Positions 49,795 to 59,906 are shown, numbered from the stretch's first letter. The stretch: 64,000 nt of DNA from an uncultured delta proteobacterium (GCA_963706575.1 CAVPNL010000009.1:160001-224000), one strand, 5' to 3'. The notes: generated by a model from the letters alone, not told the origin. Translations and numbers: made by a program.

Positions 49795-50499
49795 ATGCAT
49801 CCAACCCGCATAATTGGTTTTGTTCTCACACTGGTTCTCCTTAGTTCTGGCGTTTTCGTTATACCGCATTTTGCGGTGGCGCAGGAGGCAACTTCACAGT
49901 CAGACGCCAACGTTAAATTTCAGTGGGCTTTCGGTGCGCTGAAAAAGGCAAATGGGTCCAAGTTTGAAGCCGTTGCCAAAGACACTGATCTTAAAACCGG
50001 CGATCAAATCAAGTTTTTTTTAAAAGTCAACAAAAACTGCTTTGTTTATCTTATCTATCGCAGCTCCCAGGGCGAGCTCAGCGTTTTATTTCCGCAGCGC
50101 TTTAAACTGCTGAGCGCTGAATATACCGTTTCGGGGGATCACTATATCCCCAAAGGCGATGAGTGGTTCGAACTGGATGAACACACCGGAGAAGAACGCT
50201 TTTATCTGCTCGCTTCCGTTGAGCGTCTGGTTGAGCTGGAGACCCTCATTAACGATTATGAAAGTGCCGATGCCGCTAAAAAACCGCCACGGGCGAAGAA
50301 GATACTTTCCGAAATTCGTAAATTAAGAAAACAGCACCTGAAATTTAAAACCTATGCCGAGCGGCCGGTCAACATCATTGGAAATTTGCGTGGTACCGAA
50401 AAGGCCGAGACGGCTGGGGCTCACGACATTGCCAAATTTGCCGTAGAGATTTCAGCCGATACGTTTTATAGCAGGACCTTTACGATTGACCACCAGTAA
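49795..50499 (+). CDS. Secreted DUF4384-like protein
   Basis: RBS AGGAGG, signal peptide ending AVA, LKTGDQIKF..CFVYLIY..GELSVLFP..G.ERFYLLAS. Confidence 0.72.
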   Translation: MHPTRIIGFVLTLVLLSSGVFVIPHFAVAQEATSQSDANVKFQWAFGALKKANGSKFEAVAKDTDLKTGDQIKFFLKVNKNCFVYLIYRSSQGELSVLFPQRFKLLSAEYTVSGDHYIPKGDEWFELDEHTGEERFYLLASVERLVELETLINDYESADAAKKPPRAKKILSEIRKLRKQHLKFKTYAERPVNIIGNLRGTEKAETAGAHDIAKFAVEISADTFYSRTFTIDHQ

Positions 50500-52834
50500 A
50501 ATACGAAACATACGCCTCCCGATCGTATTAATTCTAGCCGCATTTTTTGCGGCCCACCTGTGTTTTTGGCTCTTGCCGAATGTTTTTGAGATCTGGAATT
50601 CCCAGACCATCGATCAACTTTTTATTTTACGTTCGCGAACCGAAAATCTGCGGCCGAATTACGACCCCACGGTTGTCCATCTGGATTTTAACAATACCAG
50701 TATTGAGCGGCTAAAAAACCTTTACCTGAATCGGCGCCATTTTGCCCAGCTGGTCCGCAATCTGAAATCCATGCAGGTTGCTGCCCAGGTTTACGATTTC
50801 ATTTTTGCCGCCAAAATAAATGCGCAGGACGACCTTGAACTCATTCAAGCCGTCAAAGAGGCCGGCAATGCTTATTTCGGTCTGGCTCTGGAATTGCGCA
50901 AACCCGGTGAGCCGGGAAACCGCAAAAAGGTGGCTTCAAGAGGCAGAAGCTATGTGCTTCAGACCAAATGGGATATTGGCGTCGATGCCGCCGCTGACAA
51001 TCTTTATGTGGGCGAAAATCCCCTGACCACTTATGCCGAGCTGGCGAATGCGTCCCGCGCTCTGGGGTCGCTGAGTGTTAAATTTGACCCCGATGGTGTC
51101 CTGCGCCGGGTTCCGCTGCTGGTACGTTATGAAGATGCTTTTTATCCGCTTTTACCGCTGCGCGTCGTCTGTGACTATTTTCAGGTGCCGCCGGAAAAAA
51201 TTACGCTCAAAGCCGGCCGATCGATTATTTTAAAAGATGCAAAACGGCCGGGCTCCGAACCGCGTGATATCACGATCCCCATTGATCGTCATGGTGATAT
51301 GATTGTCAATTACGTCGGTCCCTGGGGGCGCATGCATCATTATAATTTTGCCGATATTTTACGCGCTTCCGATGATCGCGACGAGCTGGAAATCTGGTCC
51401 GAAGAGCTAAAAGGCAAAATCATCATTATCTCAGATGTTTCCACCGGCTCAACGGATGTCGGACCCGTGCCGACCGATTCCAATTTTCCTTTGAGCGGGG
51501 TGCATGCCAATGTGATTCACAATATCCTGAACGAATCTTTTCTTAGAGAGCTCTCCGGGCGGCAAATGCTGCTTATCGAAGCCGTGCTGCTGGCAGCGCT
51601 CTTTTTGCTTTCTTTACGGTTTTCTTCCCTGACCTTTTCTTTTGGCACTGTTTTTCTGGCGGCGGCCTACATTGTCGCTGTCATGGTGAGTTTTTTTTAT
51701 GGCCAGGTCATTTTGAATATTGTCCGGCCGCTGCTGATTATCGGTTTTGCCATGATTGCCATCGTTGTTTACCGCTACATTATGGAAGAAAAAGAAAAGA
51801 TGGAAAGTCTGCGCCAGCGGGATTTTGTTCGCCACACCTTTGGCCGTTATCTCAGCAGTGAAGTGGTTGAAGAATTGTTGGATTCTCCGACCGGACTGAA
51901 AATGAGTGGCGAAAACCGCGAGGTCACCTTTCTGGTGTCGGATCTGAGAGGATTTACCGCGCTGACCTCCAGCCTTTCCCCGCAACAGGTGATTGAAATC
52001 ATCAACCGTTATTTTGAGCATATGGTTGATGTTATCGCGCGCTATCAGGGAACGGTGAATGAATTCATGGGCGACGGCATTTTAGCTTTTTTCGGCGCCC
52101 CCATTTACGCCCATGACGATCCCGAACGGGCGGTGGCCTGCGCCATCGGGATGCAAAATGCGCTGGTGGCGGTTAATGCTGAACAGCGCCGGCTCAAGCT
52201 GCCGGAGCTGGCCATGGGGATCGGTATCAACACCGGTGAAGTGGTGGTGGGCAACATCGGCTCGGAAAGGCGCGCCTCTTATGGTGCCGTCGGCACGCCC
52301 ATCAACGCTGCTTATCGCATCGAATCGTTTACAGTCGGTGGACAGATCCTCATCAGTCCCACAACCTATGATCGTGTGGAATCGGATCTGACCATCATCG
52401 GAACCAAGGAAGTCAAATTCAAGGGACTCGATGAGCCGGTGGCCCTTTACGATGTCGCTGGCATCGGACAACCGTATCAGGTCTTTTTGCCGGAAAAAAA
52501 GGCGGTTGCGTTGACCCGCCTGAACCCGCCCCTGCCAATTGAATGCTTTCTCCTGGAAGGCAAAGCCGTATCCGATACAGCGATTGCCGGCCGCATTACC
52601 CACCTTGCAGAAAATTCGGCTGAAGTTTTTTTAGACAAAAAGCAATCGGCCTATACCAACCTGAGAATCGTGCTGGCATCCCCTGAAACCCGCGGGCTAT
52701 CAGAATTGTATGCCAAAGTTTTGCCGCACGATAAACCGGATGGTTCCGCTCCCGACCACCGCGCACGACTGCAATTTACCTCCATGCCTCAGGACACAAA
52801 GGATTTTCTGGATAAAAAACAATCAGAAGGTTGA
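50486..52834 (+). CDS. CHASE2 membrane class III nucleotide cyclase (probable guanylate cyclase) with a C-terminal PilZ-like domain
   Basis: DPDGVLRRVPL and GVHANVIHNIL (CHASE2), 3 TM, TFGRYLS, SDLRGFT, EFMGDG, GINTG.VVVGNIG, YGAVG..INAAYRIES. Confidence 0.88.
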   Translation: MTTSKIRNIRLPIVLILAAFFAAHLCFWLLPNVFEIWNSQTIDQLFILRSRTENLRPNYDPTVVHLDFNNTSIERLKNLYLNRRHFAQLVRNLKSMQVAAQVYDFIFAAKINAQDDLELIQAVKEAGNAYFGLALELRKPGEPGNRKKVASRGRSYVLQTKWDIGVDAAADNLYVGENPLTTYAELANASRALGSLSVKFDPDGVLRRVPLLVRYEDAFYPLLPLRVVCDYFQVPPEKITLKAGRSIILKDAKRPGSEPRDITIPIDRHGDMIVNYVGPWGRMHHYNFADILRASDDRDELEIWSEELKGKIIIISDVSTGSTDVGPVPTDSNFPLSGVHANVIHNILNESFLRELSGRQMLLIEAVLLAALFLLSLRFSSLTFSFGTVFLAAAYIVAVMVSFFYGQVILNIVRPLLIIGFAMIAIVVYRYIMEEKEKMESLRQRDFVRHTFGRYLSSEVVEELLDSPTGLKMSGENREVTFLVSDLRGFTALTSSLSPQQVIEIINRYFEHMVDVIARYQGTVNEFMGDGILAFFGAPIYAHDDPERAVACAIGMQNALVAVNAEQRRLKLPELAMGIGINTGEVVVGNIGSERRASYGAVGTPINAAYRIESFTVGGQILISPTTYDRVESDLTIIGTKEVKFKGLDEPVALYDVAGIGQPYQVFLPEKKAVALTRLNPPLPIECFLLEGKAVSDTAIAGRITHLAENSAEVFLDKKQSAYTNLRIVLASPETRGLSELYAKVLPHDKPDGSAPDHRARLQFTSMPQDTKDFLDKKQSEG

Positions 52835-52889
52835 TAGCCTACAGGCGAATGGCTTCAATTCAGATAAGGCCCCCTAGTGATTTTCTTTT

Positions 52890-54218
52890 TTAGACTACCC
52901 GGTACAGGTTATTAATATATTCCACTGCAAATTCCCGGGCCATGCTTCTATCGGGCATGGTGCCCAGCATGGCATACATGGCGGCCTGTTCCGAGAGGTC
53001 CTGGGAGTCAGCCGGGGGGACTTCAGGAGCGATACGGCGCAAGTCATCAAGGAATTTATCCGCAACCGACAGGTGCACAGGCGATACCGTCATGTGAAGG
53101 CTGGGCGGTAATTGCTGGGCTTCGATGTGCCAGCCGCATTCGGCCATCCGGGCCGACAGCTCGTAAATATTAATTTCGTCGCTGCCGAAAGCAAAAACGG
53201 TAGCATCCGGATCCCCCAAAACATATAGTTGCGGTATGGCGTTGATACCTTTGATGAGTTTTTCAGTGGCCGCCTTGGCCTTTTGCGCCAGAGCCATAAA
53301 ACCTTCCTCCCCAAGGTAATGCATTACCGCCCATGCGGCCGCCATCGTGCCGCCGGGACGGGCGCCGGCCAAACAGGGGGTTGCGTAGACGCCCCCGGAC
53401 CAATCCGCGTAAGCGAAGATCTGAAATTTGCGAAAATCGCGGTTACGGTACATAACGGTGGAAACCCCTTTGGGCGTATAAGCGTATTTATGGATATCGG
53501 CCGAGATGGACGTCACCCCCGGTACGCTGAAATCATAAGGCGGAATTTCGTATCCCAGCCGTTTTAAAAACGGCAGCATCAATCCTCCCAGGCAGGCGTC
53601 CACGTGCAGCCAGAGGTTTTTCTTTTCTGCAAGCGCGCCAATTTCTTCTATGGGGTCTACCATGCCGTGGGGATAGGTGACTGCGGTGCCGCCTAAAATG
53701 ACGGTGTTTTTCGTAACAGCGCTTTTCATGGCAGCTACATCGGCCCGCAGGTCATCTTTTACCGGTGTCATGCTTATTTTAATGTCCAGATAGTGGGCTG
53801 CCTTATTCCAGGCCGGATGGGCGGTTACCGGCACCACCATTTCAGGCTCCTCAATCTGGGGATAGGTCTGCCGGGCCCAATCACGTGCCGCTTTCAAGGC
53901 CATAAAAATGCTTTCGGTACCTCCGCTGGTAAAGCTGCCGACAGTTTCATCGTCGCCGCCGCTCAAGGAGATGACGCTAGAAACCACTTCGGTTTCCATT
54001 TTTACCAGACTCGGAAAGGCCATCGGGCTCAGGCCGTTTTCAATTAAAAAAAGAGCGCTGGCCTCTTTTACAAGCGCCTCTACTTCCGGACCGGCTTCGT
54101 AAATCAGGCCGAACAACTGGCCTTCGTGCCATTTAACATCATCGGATTTAAATGACCTCAGCGTGTTCAACACGTCTTCGCTGGACATACCTTTTTGCGG
54201 TAGCGATATCTGTCCCAT
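52890..54218 (-). CDS. PLP-dependent sphingosine-1-phosphate lyase-like / group II decarboxylase
   Basis: TSGGTESI, AHPAWNKAA, HVDACLGG, SADIHKY..PKG. Confidence 0.85.
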   Translation of the reverse strand: MGQISLPQKGMSSEDVLNTLRSFKSDDVKWHEGQLFGLIYEAGPEVEALVKEASALFLIENGLSPMAFPSLVKMETEVVSSVISLSGGDDETVGSFTSGGTESIFMALKAARDWARQTYPQIEEPEMVVPVTAHPAWNKAAHYLDIKISMTPVKDDLRADVAAMKSAVTKNTVILGGTAVTYPHGMVDPIEEIGALAEKKNLWLHVDACLGGLMLPFLKRLGYEIPPYDFSVPGVTSISADIHKYAYTPKGVSTVMYRNRDFRKFQIFAYADWSGGVYATPCLAGARPGGTMAAAWAVMHYLGEEGFMALAQKAKAATEKLIKGINAIPQLYVLGDPDATVFAFGSDEINIYELSARMAECGWHIEAQQLPPSLHMTVSPVHLSVADKFLDDLRRIAPEVPPADSQDLSEQAAMYAMLGTMPDRSMAREFAVEYINNLYRVV

Positions 54219-54242
54219 TCTCCTTCCTCCGTTTTATTTATT

Positions 54243-54356
54243 ATTAGCCACAGACCCACACAGACACGCACTAACCTTTTGAGCGAAAGACCCTTCAATA
54301 ACGTCGCGAGAAAAAAAGCACTTGTCTGTGTCTGTCCGTGTGGGTCCGTGGCTAAT
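54243..54356. repeat. Tandem-inverted-repeat element (CACAGAC unit)
   Basis: ATTAGCCACAGACCCACACAGACAC ... GTCTGTGTCTGTCCGTGTGGGTCCGTGGCTAAT. Confidence 0.8.
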
Positions 54357-54357
54357 T

Positions 54358-55722
54358 CTATGATTTAGGTGGTCCCCAGAATTTGAGCAACCGAATCAGC
54401 GCCAGTCCGAGAACCATCACACCCAGAAAGACGAGCGAGGTGGTCCCAACCCCCCAGTTCCACCAGACCGGGGCATTCACGAGCAGTAAACAACCGCCGA
54501 TAGGGACGATGGAAAGGACATTCATTACGGCGATTTCGATGGCCACCGGAGTTTTAAAATCCGGGTCTGCGATTCTTAAAAGTAAAAGCCCGCAGGAGAC
54601 GGTTCCGGTTACCGCCCCATAGACAGCGGCGGTTCTTTCGAGGTTATAGTCCCACAGGCGCTTTCCAAGGTAAACAACAACCATAGTGGTCAAAACGCCG
54701 TTGAGGATTGAAATCAGGAAAATGGGAAGCGCATATTTCCATACAACCAAAACTTGAATGGCCATCACCGTCGCCACGATTAGAAAATCGATCGACCAGC
54801 CGGTAATTCTGCGCTGTATTCCGGGATCAATCAGATGTCCGGCACCCAATTTTTGAATCAGCAATCTGACAAAGATCGCAAAAACAAGCCCGAACACAAA
54901 GAAAAATCCCCACATTATCTTCGCGGCATCCGATGGCAGCAACAATCCCACATATTTCACGAACCCGTAGGTCAGCAGATAAACCAGCCCGACTAAAGCT
55001 GCCTGAAACGCCATAGAATCGACGTTGCCCGTATGCAGGGTCAGCTTGCCGGCTGTTTCGGTTTGTTTATCTCTGGGTATGATACCGGTGAGAAGATCCC
55101 GGGGTAATGCCTTCGCTCCGTAAGTGGCCAGCCCCTTTCGAATTCCCCGGTTAACGATCGGCACGCCGACAAAAAACGCAAACAGGTAACCAATGGCAGC
55201 AAAGGTTAATCCGATGGTGGCGGCCTGTTCAAAGCCGAATCCCTCCCAGACTTTACCGACCGACAGGGCCTGACCGGGCCCTTCCTCAAATCCCAGGGGC
55301 GCCAGAAAACCAAACGTCGGAAAAAGCTCCATTCCCAGGATCCCGAAAAGAATAACCAGCAAGCCGCCCACGGCCGCCTGAAGGCCAAAACACGAACCCT
55401 GGACCAGCGCCATCCAGGTCGGCCCCTTGATAAATGTTTTGCTGCGGGGCGAGTTGTCTTTTTGATCGTTGCTGTGGGTCAGCCCGACCGAAATAAAGGA
55501 GATATTGAAGAAATGATAGGCAAATATTTCCAGATCAGAAACGGCAATTTTGATAACCCGAAAATTCACAAGGATCAGGCCGATGATGCCGCCGATGAGG
55601 CAACTCGGAAAGAGAAATCTCTGGAAAAAGGGAACCCTGGCTCTCAGAAGCACGCCGATAAGCAGCATGCTTGCCAGCCAGCCGAAAACCAGCATGGATT
55701 CAAAAGGAAACGGGACTGTCAT
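54358..55722 (-). CDS. Sodium/glutamate symporter (GltS/ESS family)
   Basis: LFPSCLIGG, GFEEGPGQA, YGAVTGTVSCGLLLLRIADP; multi-TM. Confidence 0.82.
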   Translation of the reverse strand: MTVPFPFESMLVFGWLASMLLIGVLLRARVPFFQRFLFPSCLIGGIIGLILVNFRVIKIAVSDLEIFAYHFFNISFISVGLTHSNDQKDNSPRSKTFIKGPTWMALVQGSCFGLQAAVGGLLVILFGILGMELFPTFGFLAPLGFEEGPGQALSVGKVWEGFGFEQAATIGLTFAAIGYLFAFFVGVPIVNRGIRKGLATYGAKALPRDLLTGIIPRDKQTETAGKLTLHTGNVDSMAFQAALVGLVYLLTYGFVKYVGLLLPSDAAKIMWGFFFVFGLVFAIFVRLLIQKLGAGHLIDPGIQRRITGWSIDFLIVATVMAIQVLVVWKYALPIFLISILNGVLTTMVVVYLGKRLWDYNLERTAAVYGAVTGTVSCGLLLLRIADPDFKTPVAIEIAVMNVLSIVPIGGCLLLVNAPVWWNWGVGTTSLVFLGVMVLGLALIRLLKFWGPPKS

Positions 55723-55937
55723 TTCTACCCTCTCGTTTTGCTTCTATTGGGAAGTTTTAAACAGCAGGACTGCCGGACAGATCAGAATAGGGGATCAGGA
55801 AAAACCTGTCAATTGATAATGATCACCTATTAACAGCTCCTTTTTAAATCGATCATAGCAAGATCTTATCGATTGACTTTTCGATCTTAATAAAACATAA
55901 AAAAACGGGTCCATTTCTAACAGAAAGGAGGTTTAGG

Positions 55938-57680
55938 ATGAAAAGATTTTTGTGTCTTTTGGGCTTCTTTGCACTGATCCTGTGTGGGATAGGTGCGGAT
56001 GCTGAGGTTAAGAACCCGGATACATTTGTGCTGGCTGACTACCGGACGGTCCAGACGATTGATCCGGCCACATCCTATGATGTAGCCGGATCCATGCGGA
56101 TCTGGAATATGTATGAGACACTGATCTTCTTCGACGGCAGCTCCACGGAAAAATATGTGCCGCTGCTGGCGGACAAGGTTCCGACTGTGGAAAACGACGG
56201 CATCGCGGCAGATGGCAAAAGGTATACGTTTAAAATTCGCAAGGGCGTGAAATTTCACGCCGGTGGTGAATTGACAGCGGAGGATGTGGTTTATTCCTTT
56301 AAGCGCAATATGATTGTGGACCAGGACGGCGGCCCCATGTGGATGCTGCTGGAAGCTCTGACGGGCAATGGTTCGACCCGTGATAAAGACGGCAAAATAA
56401 TTCCCGGTGTGTTTGAAACCATCGACAAGGCCGTTGAAGCCAAAGGGGACAGCGTCGTTTTCCATTTGCCCAAACCCTACCCGCCCTTAATGAGCATTTT
56501 GTGTTATACGGCGTCTTCCATTTTAGATAAAGAATGGACCGTCTCCAAAGGCTGCTGGGATGGAAATATTCAAAATGCTGCCAAATACAACAATCCGGCA
56601 CCCGGGCACGAGCCGTTGCAAAAAATCGAAAACGGAACCGGTCCGTATTATTTGAAAAAGTGGGAGCCGGCCAAACAGTTTATCTTTGAACGCTTTGACG
56701 GGTACTGGGGCCCGGCGGCCAGGATTAAAACCGGCATTGTCAAGTATGTCAAAGAATGGAGCACCCGCAAGCTGATGCTTCAAAATGGTGATGCCGATCG
56801 CGTTGTGGTCGACACGCCCTATGTGCCGGAAGTCAAGGCCATGAAGGCGCTCAGAATTTATGAGGTGCCCCAGTTGTCTTATACCGCCGGAATGTTCTGT
56901 CGCAAAATCAACCCGAGCGGCAACCCGAATATCGGCAGCGGCAAACTGGACGGAGACGGTATCCCACCGGGCTTTTTCACCGATATCAACGTGCGCAAAG
57001 CCTTTTTGCACGCCTTTGACCGGAACACATACAAGAAAGATGTCTTTCACGACCTGGTTATCATGCCCACCAGCCCGAATGTAGAAGGCCTGCCATACCA
57101 CGTCGAAGTGCCGGTCTATGAATTTGATTTGAAGAAAGCCGCTGAATATATGAAGCAGGCCTGGAACGGTCAGGTTTGGGAAAAAGGCTTTAAGATGATC
57201 ATCACCCATAACACGGGCAATGACATGCGTGAAGCGGCAGCGGTGATGCTGGCTGAAAATATCATGTCCTTGAACCCCAAATTTAGAATCGACGTGCGTA
57301 ATGTCGAGTGGAAAGATTATGTCGTTAAAATCCGCGATTTTCAGTACCCGATGTTTTTGAGCGGATGGGGGGCGGATTATGCCGACCCGCACAATTTTGT
57401 TTATCCGTTTATGCATTCAAATGGATATTACGGCAAATTCATGAGCCTGAAGAACGACAAAATTGACGGTTTGTGCGATGCCGGTATTGAAAATGTCGAC
57501 CCCCGCAAACGCCAGGAAATTTATTCTCAGCTTCAGAAAATCTGGTATGAGGATGCCATCGGCATTCCACTTTATCAGCAGATTGTGGTGCGGGCCTACC
57601 GGGATTATGTGCACGGCTTTGTCCCCAATGCCATGTTTACCGATGATAATGAGATACTAAAGCGTCTATACAAAAAGTAA
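55938..57680 (+). CDS. dppA: Peptide/nickel ABC transporter substrate-binding protein (family 5)
   Basis: Signal peptide, IDPA, YETL, IRKGVKFH, GTGPY, GWGADYADP. Confidence 0.88.
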   Translation: MKRFLCLLGFFALILCGIGADAEVKNPDTFVLADYRTVQTIDPATSYDVAGSMRIWNMYETLIFFDGSSTEKYVPLLADKVPTVENDGIAADGKRYTFKIRKGVKFHAGGELTAEDVVYSFKRNMIVDQDGGPMWMLLEALTGNGSTRDKDGKIIPGVFETIDKAVEAKGDSVVFHLPKPYPPLMSILCYTASSILDKEWTVSKGCWDGNIQNAAKYNNPAPGHEPLQKIENGTGPYYLKKWEPAKQFIFERFDGYWGPAARIKTGIVKYVKEWSTRKLMLQNGDADRVVVDTPYVPEVKAMKALRIYEVPQLSYTAGMFCRKINPSGNPNIGSGKLDGDGIPPGFFTDINVRKAFLHAFDRNTYKKDVFHDLVIMPTSPNVEGLPYHVEVPVYEFDLKKAAEYMKQAWNGQVWEKGFKMIITHNTGNDMREAAAVMLAENIMSLNPKFRIDVRNVEWKDYVVKIRDFQYPMFLSGWGADYADPHNFVYPFMHSNGYYGKFMSLKNDKIDGLCDAGIENVDPRKRQEIYSQLQKIWYEDAIGIPLYQQIVVRAYRDYVHGFVPNAMFTDDNEILKRLYKK

Positions 57681-57728
57681 TCATATTTTAAGCGATCTTT
57701 ATCCACCACGGATTCAAAATACACATAT

Positions 57729-57825
57729 ATCGCGGCAAGATGCCGCTCCCACAAATTATTTCGGAAATAAGCAAGGGAAATTGCGATGACTACTGATAGT
57801 AGTGGGAGTGGCTTCCAGCCACGAT
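57729..57825. repeat. REP doublet (inverted pair), second copy
   Basis: ATCGCGGCAAGATGCCGCTCCCAC ... GTGGGAGTGGCTTCCAGCCACGAT; same 97-nt length as 23983-24079. Confidence 0.85.
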
Positions 57826-57862
57826 TATTATGTGCGGACTCAAGCGGCTCAACCTGAGAATT

Positions 57863-58894
57863 ATGCTCGCCTATATTACGCGTCGGTTTTTGCTGTTGAT
57901 ATTGGTGCTGTTCGGGGTCTCGGTGCTGCTCTTCGGCATCTTTATGACCTTCAGCCCGGAACGCAGAGCCGCCGCCTACGTCACCTCTCCCCAGCAGGCC
58001 AAAGACATTCCCCGGATCATCGAACAGTTCGGTCTGGATGATCCCTTTTACATCCAATATTTCCGCTGGGTGAAAGAACTATCCCAGGGCAACCTGGGCT
58101 GGTCCCTTGTGGCTTCGCGGCCGGTGGGCGAAGCCTTCTGGAATTATTTCCCGGTCACCCTGGAGATGAATCTGTTTGCAGCCCCCATTGTTATCATCTT
58201 TGGCATCTGGCTGGGGACCTTATCCGGTATCCATCGCAATACCTGGATCGATCATTCGACGCGAATTCTGGCGATTGTGGGCTGGTCGCTGCCCACCTTT
58301 TTCTTTGCGCTGGTTATGCTGATGGTCTTTTACGGCTACTTTCAGATTTTTTCTCCGGGTGTAATCAGCGACCATTTGTCCATGTTAATCATGGACAATC
58401 CGGAAGCGTTTACCCGCTACACCGGTTTATACACGCTTGACGGCATTCTCAACGGGCGCTGGAATGTTACCCTGGATGCGATCTCGCACCTGGTTCTTCC
58501 GGTTCTAACATATGTCATCGTTGTGGTGGCGCTAAACATGCGGGTGATGCGCTCGGGTCTGATCGAAGAGCTGTCCAAAGATTACGTGATTACCGCCAAG
58601 GCCAAAGGCGCCGATAACAAAACCGTTTATATCAAGCACGCCCGGCGCAATGCGCTGTTGCCGGTGATTACGGTGGCCGGTCAGATGGTGGCCTTATCCA
58701 TGGAGGGCAGTATTGCCGTGGAAGTCGTCTTTAATCGCCACGGCATCGGCTGGTGGCTGGCCGAATCGTCGATTCAACTCGATACGCCGGTGCTGCTGTG
58801 TATCTGTCTGTTTATGGCGGTGGTATTTGTCATCACCAATCTGACGTTGGATATTATGTATGCGTATATTGATCCCAGGATAAGGTTAAATTAG
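57863..58894 (+). CDS. dppB: Peptide ABC transporter permease
   Basis: MLAYITRR, GLDDP..QY, HLVLP, DYVITAKAKG, YIDPRIR. Confidence 0.9.
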   Translation: MLAYITRRFLLLILVLFGVSVLLFGIFMTFSPERRAAAYVTSPQQAKDIPRIIEQFGLDDPFYIQYFRWVKELSQGNLGWSLVASRPVGEAFWNYFPVTLEMNLFAAPIVIIFGIWLGTLSGIHRNTWIDHSTRILAIVGWSLPTFFFALVMLMVFYGYFQIFSPGVISDHLSMLIMDNPEAFTRYTGLYTLDGILNGRWNVTLDAISHLVLPVLTYVIVVVALNMRVMRSGLIEELSKDYVITAKAKGADNKTVYIKHARRNALLPVITVAGQMVALSMEGSIAVEVVFNRHGIGWWLAESSIQLDTPVLLCICLFMAVVFVITNLTLDIMYAYIDPRIRLN

Positions 58895-58994
58895 TTCTAT
58901 TAGTTTAATTGGTTTTATTGGTTCGATTGGTTCTGTTTCTGAAGGCTCTACATCAACCAATAAAACAAATCTAACGAATTAAACAAATTAAACA
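58890..58994. repeat. 9-mer tandem-inverted-repeat element (ATTGGTT unit)
   Basis: (ATTGGTT..)n then (AACxAAT..)n, filling the dppB-dppC gap. Confidence 0.78.
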
Positions 58995-59897
58995 ATGACC
59001 TCACATCCCAGACTGCGTGAGCTTAAATTTACACTGCACCGGATTTTCAGGAACCCGGCGGCCATTATCGGGTTTTCCCTGATTTTGTTTTTTGCGGCCG
59101 TGGCAGTTTTTGCGCCGCAAATCGCACCACCGAAATACGACCATAACCCCTATCTGATGCCCCATAAAGGCTTTTCGCCCACTCCCAAACCGCCCAGCGA
59201 AACCCATATTTTCGGCACCGCATCCGGCCAGTACGATATCTTTTACGGCGTGGTCTGGGGCACGCGAACCGCCTTTAAAATCGGATTGTTTGTGGTCGGC
59301 ATCGCGGCGTTAATCGGGGTCACCCTCGGCGCGATATCCGGCTATTACGGCGGAATCGTCGATGAGGTGCTGATGCGCATTGTGGATGTCATGTGGGCCA
59401 TACCCACCCTGGTTCTGGCCATGACCATTGTGGTGGCTTTCGGCCGGGGACTCGACAAAATCATGATTGCCCTGGCGCTGGTGGGCTGGCGCTGGTACGT
59501 GCGGGTGATTCGTTCTGAAATTCTGACGTTGCGCGATCAGGATTTTGTCCAGGCCGCTAAAATCATGGGCGTGTCTGACGTTAAGATAATTCTGCGCCAT
59601 ATCATCCCCAATGCGATTTATCCGGTATTGATCCTGGCCACAATGGACATGGGCTCCATGGTGATCACCGCTTCTTTTATGAGCTTTGTGGGGCTGGGTG
59701 CGCCCAAGGGATTTGCCGACTGGGGCCAGATGGTGGCCCTGGCAAGAAACTATATTGTCGGTCCGCCGGACGATCCCCTAAAATTCTGGTATGCGATTGT
59801 TTTTCCCGGGGGCTGCATCGTTCTTTTCGTTCTGGGGTGGAATCTGATCGGCGATGCCCTGCGCGATGCCTTTGATCCGAAGCTCAGGCGAAGATGA
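58995..59897 (+). CDS. dppC: Peptide ABC transporter permease
   Basis: HIFGT, DFVQAAKIMG, RHIIPN, GDALRDAFDP. Confidence 0.9.
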   Translation: MTSHPRLRELKFTLHRIFRNPAAIIGFSLILFFAAVAVFAPQIAPPKYDHNPYLMPHKGFSPTPKPPSETHIFGTASGQYDIFYGVVWGTRTAFKIGLFVVGIAALIGVTLGAISGYYGGIVDEVLMRIVDVMWAIPTLVLAMTIVVAFGRGLDKIMIALALVGWRWYVRVIRSEILTLRDQDFVQAAKIMGVSDVKIILRHIIPNAIYPVLILATMDMGSMVITASFMSFVGLGAPKGFADWGQMVALARNYIVGPPDDPLKFWYAIVFPGGCIVLFVLGWNLIGDALRDAFDPKLRRR

Positions 59898-59906
59898 TTT
59901 TGTGAA

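Noticed and set aside
56523..57416. Long antisense ORFs (297 aa here; also 602-1195, 39555-40169, 52082-52603)
   Set aside because: Shadow frames opposite well-supported genes, with no recognisable motifs.
57605..58057. ORFs sharing the peptide NRGWKPLPL / LWERHL (also 23937-24125)
   Set aside because: The similarity arises from translating the REP doublet, not from a protein family.
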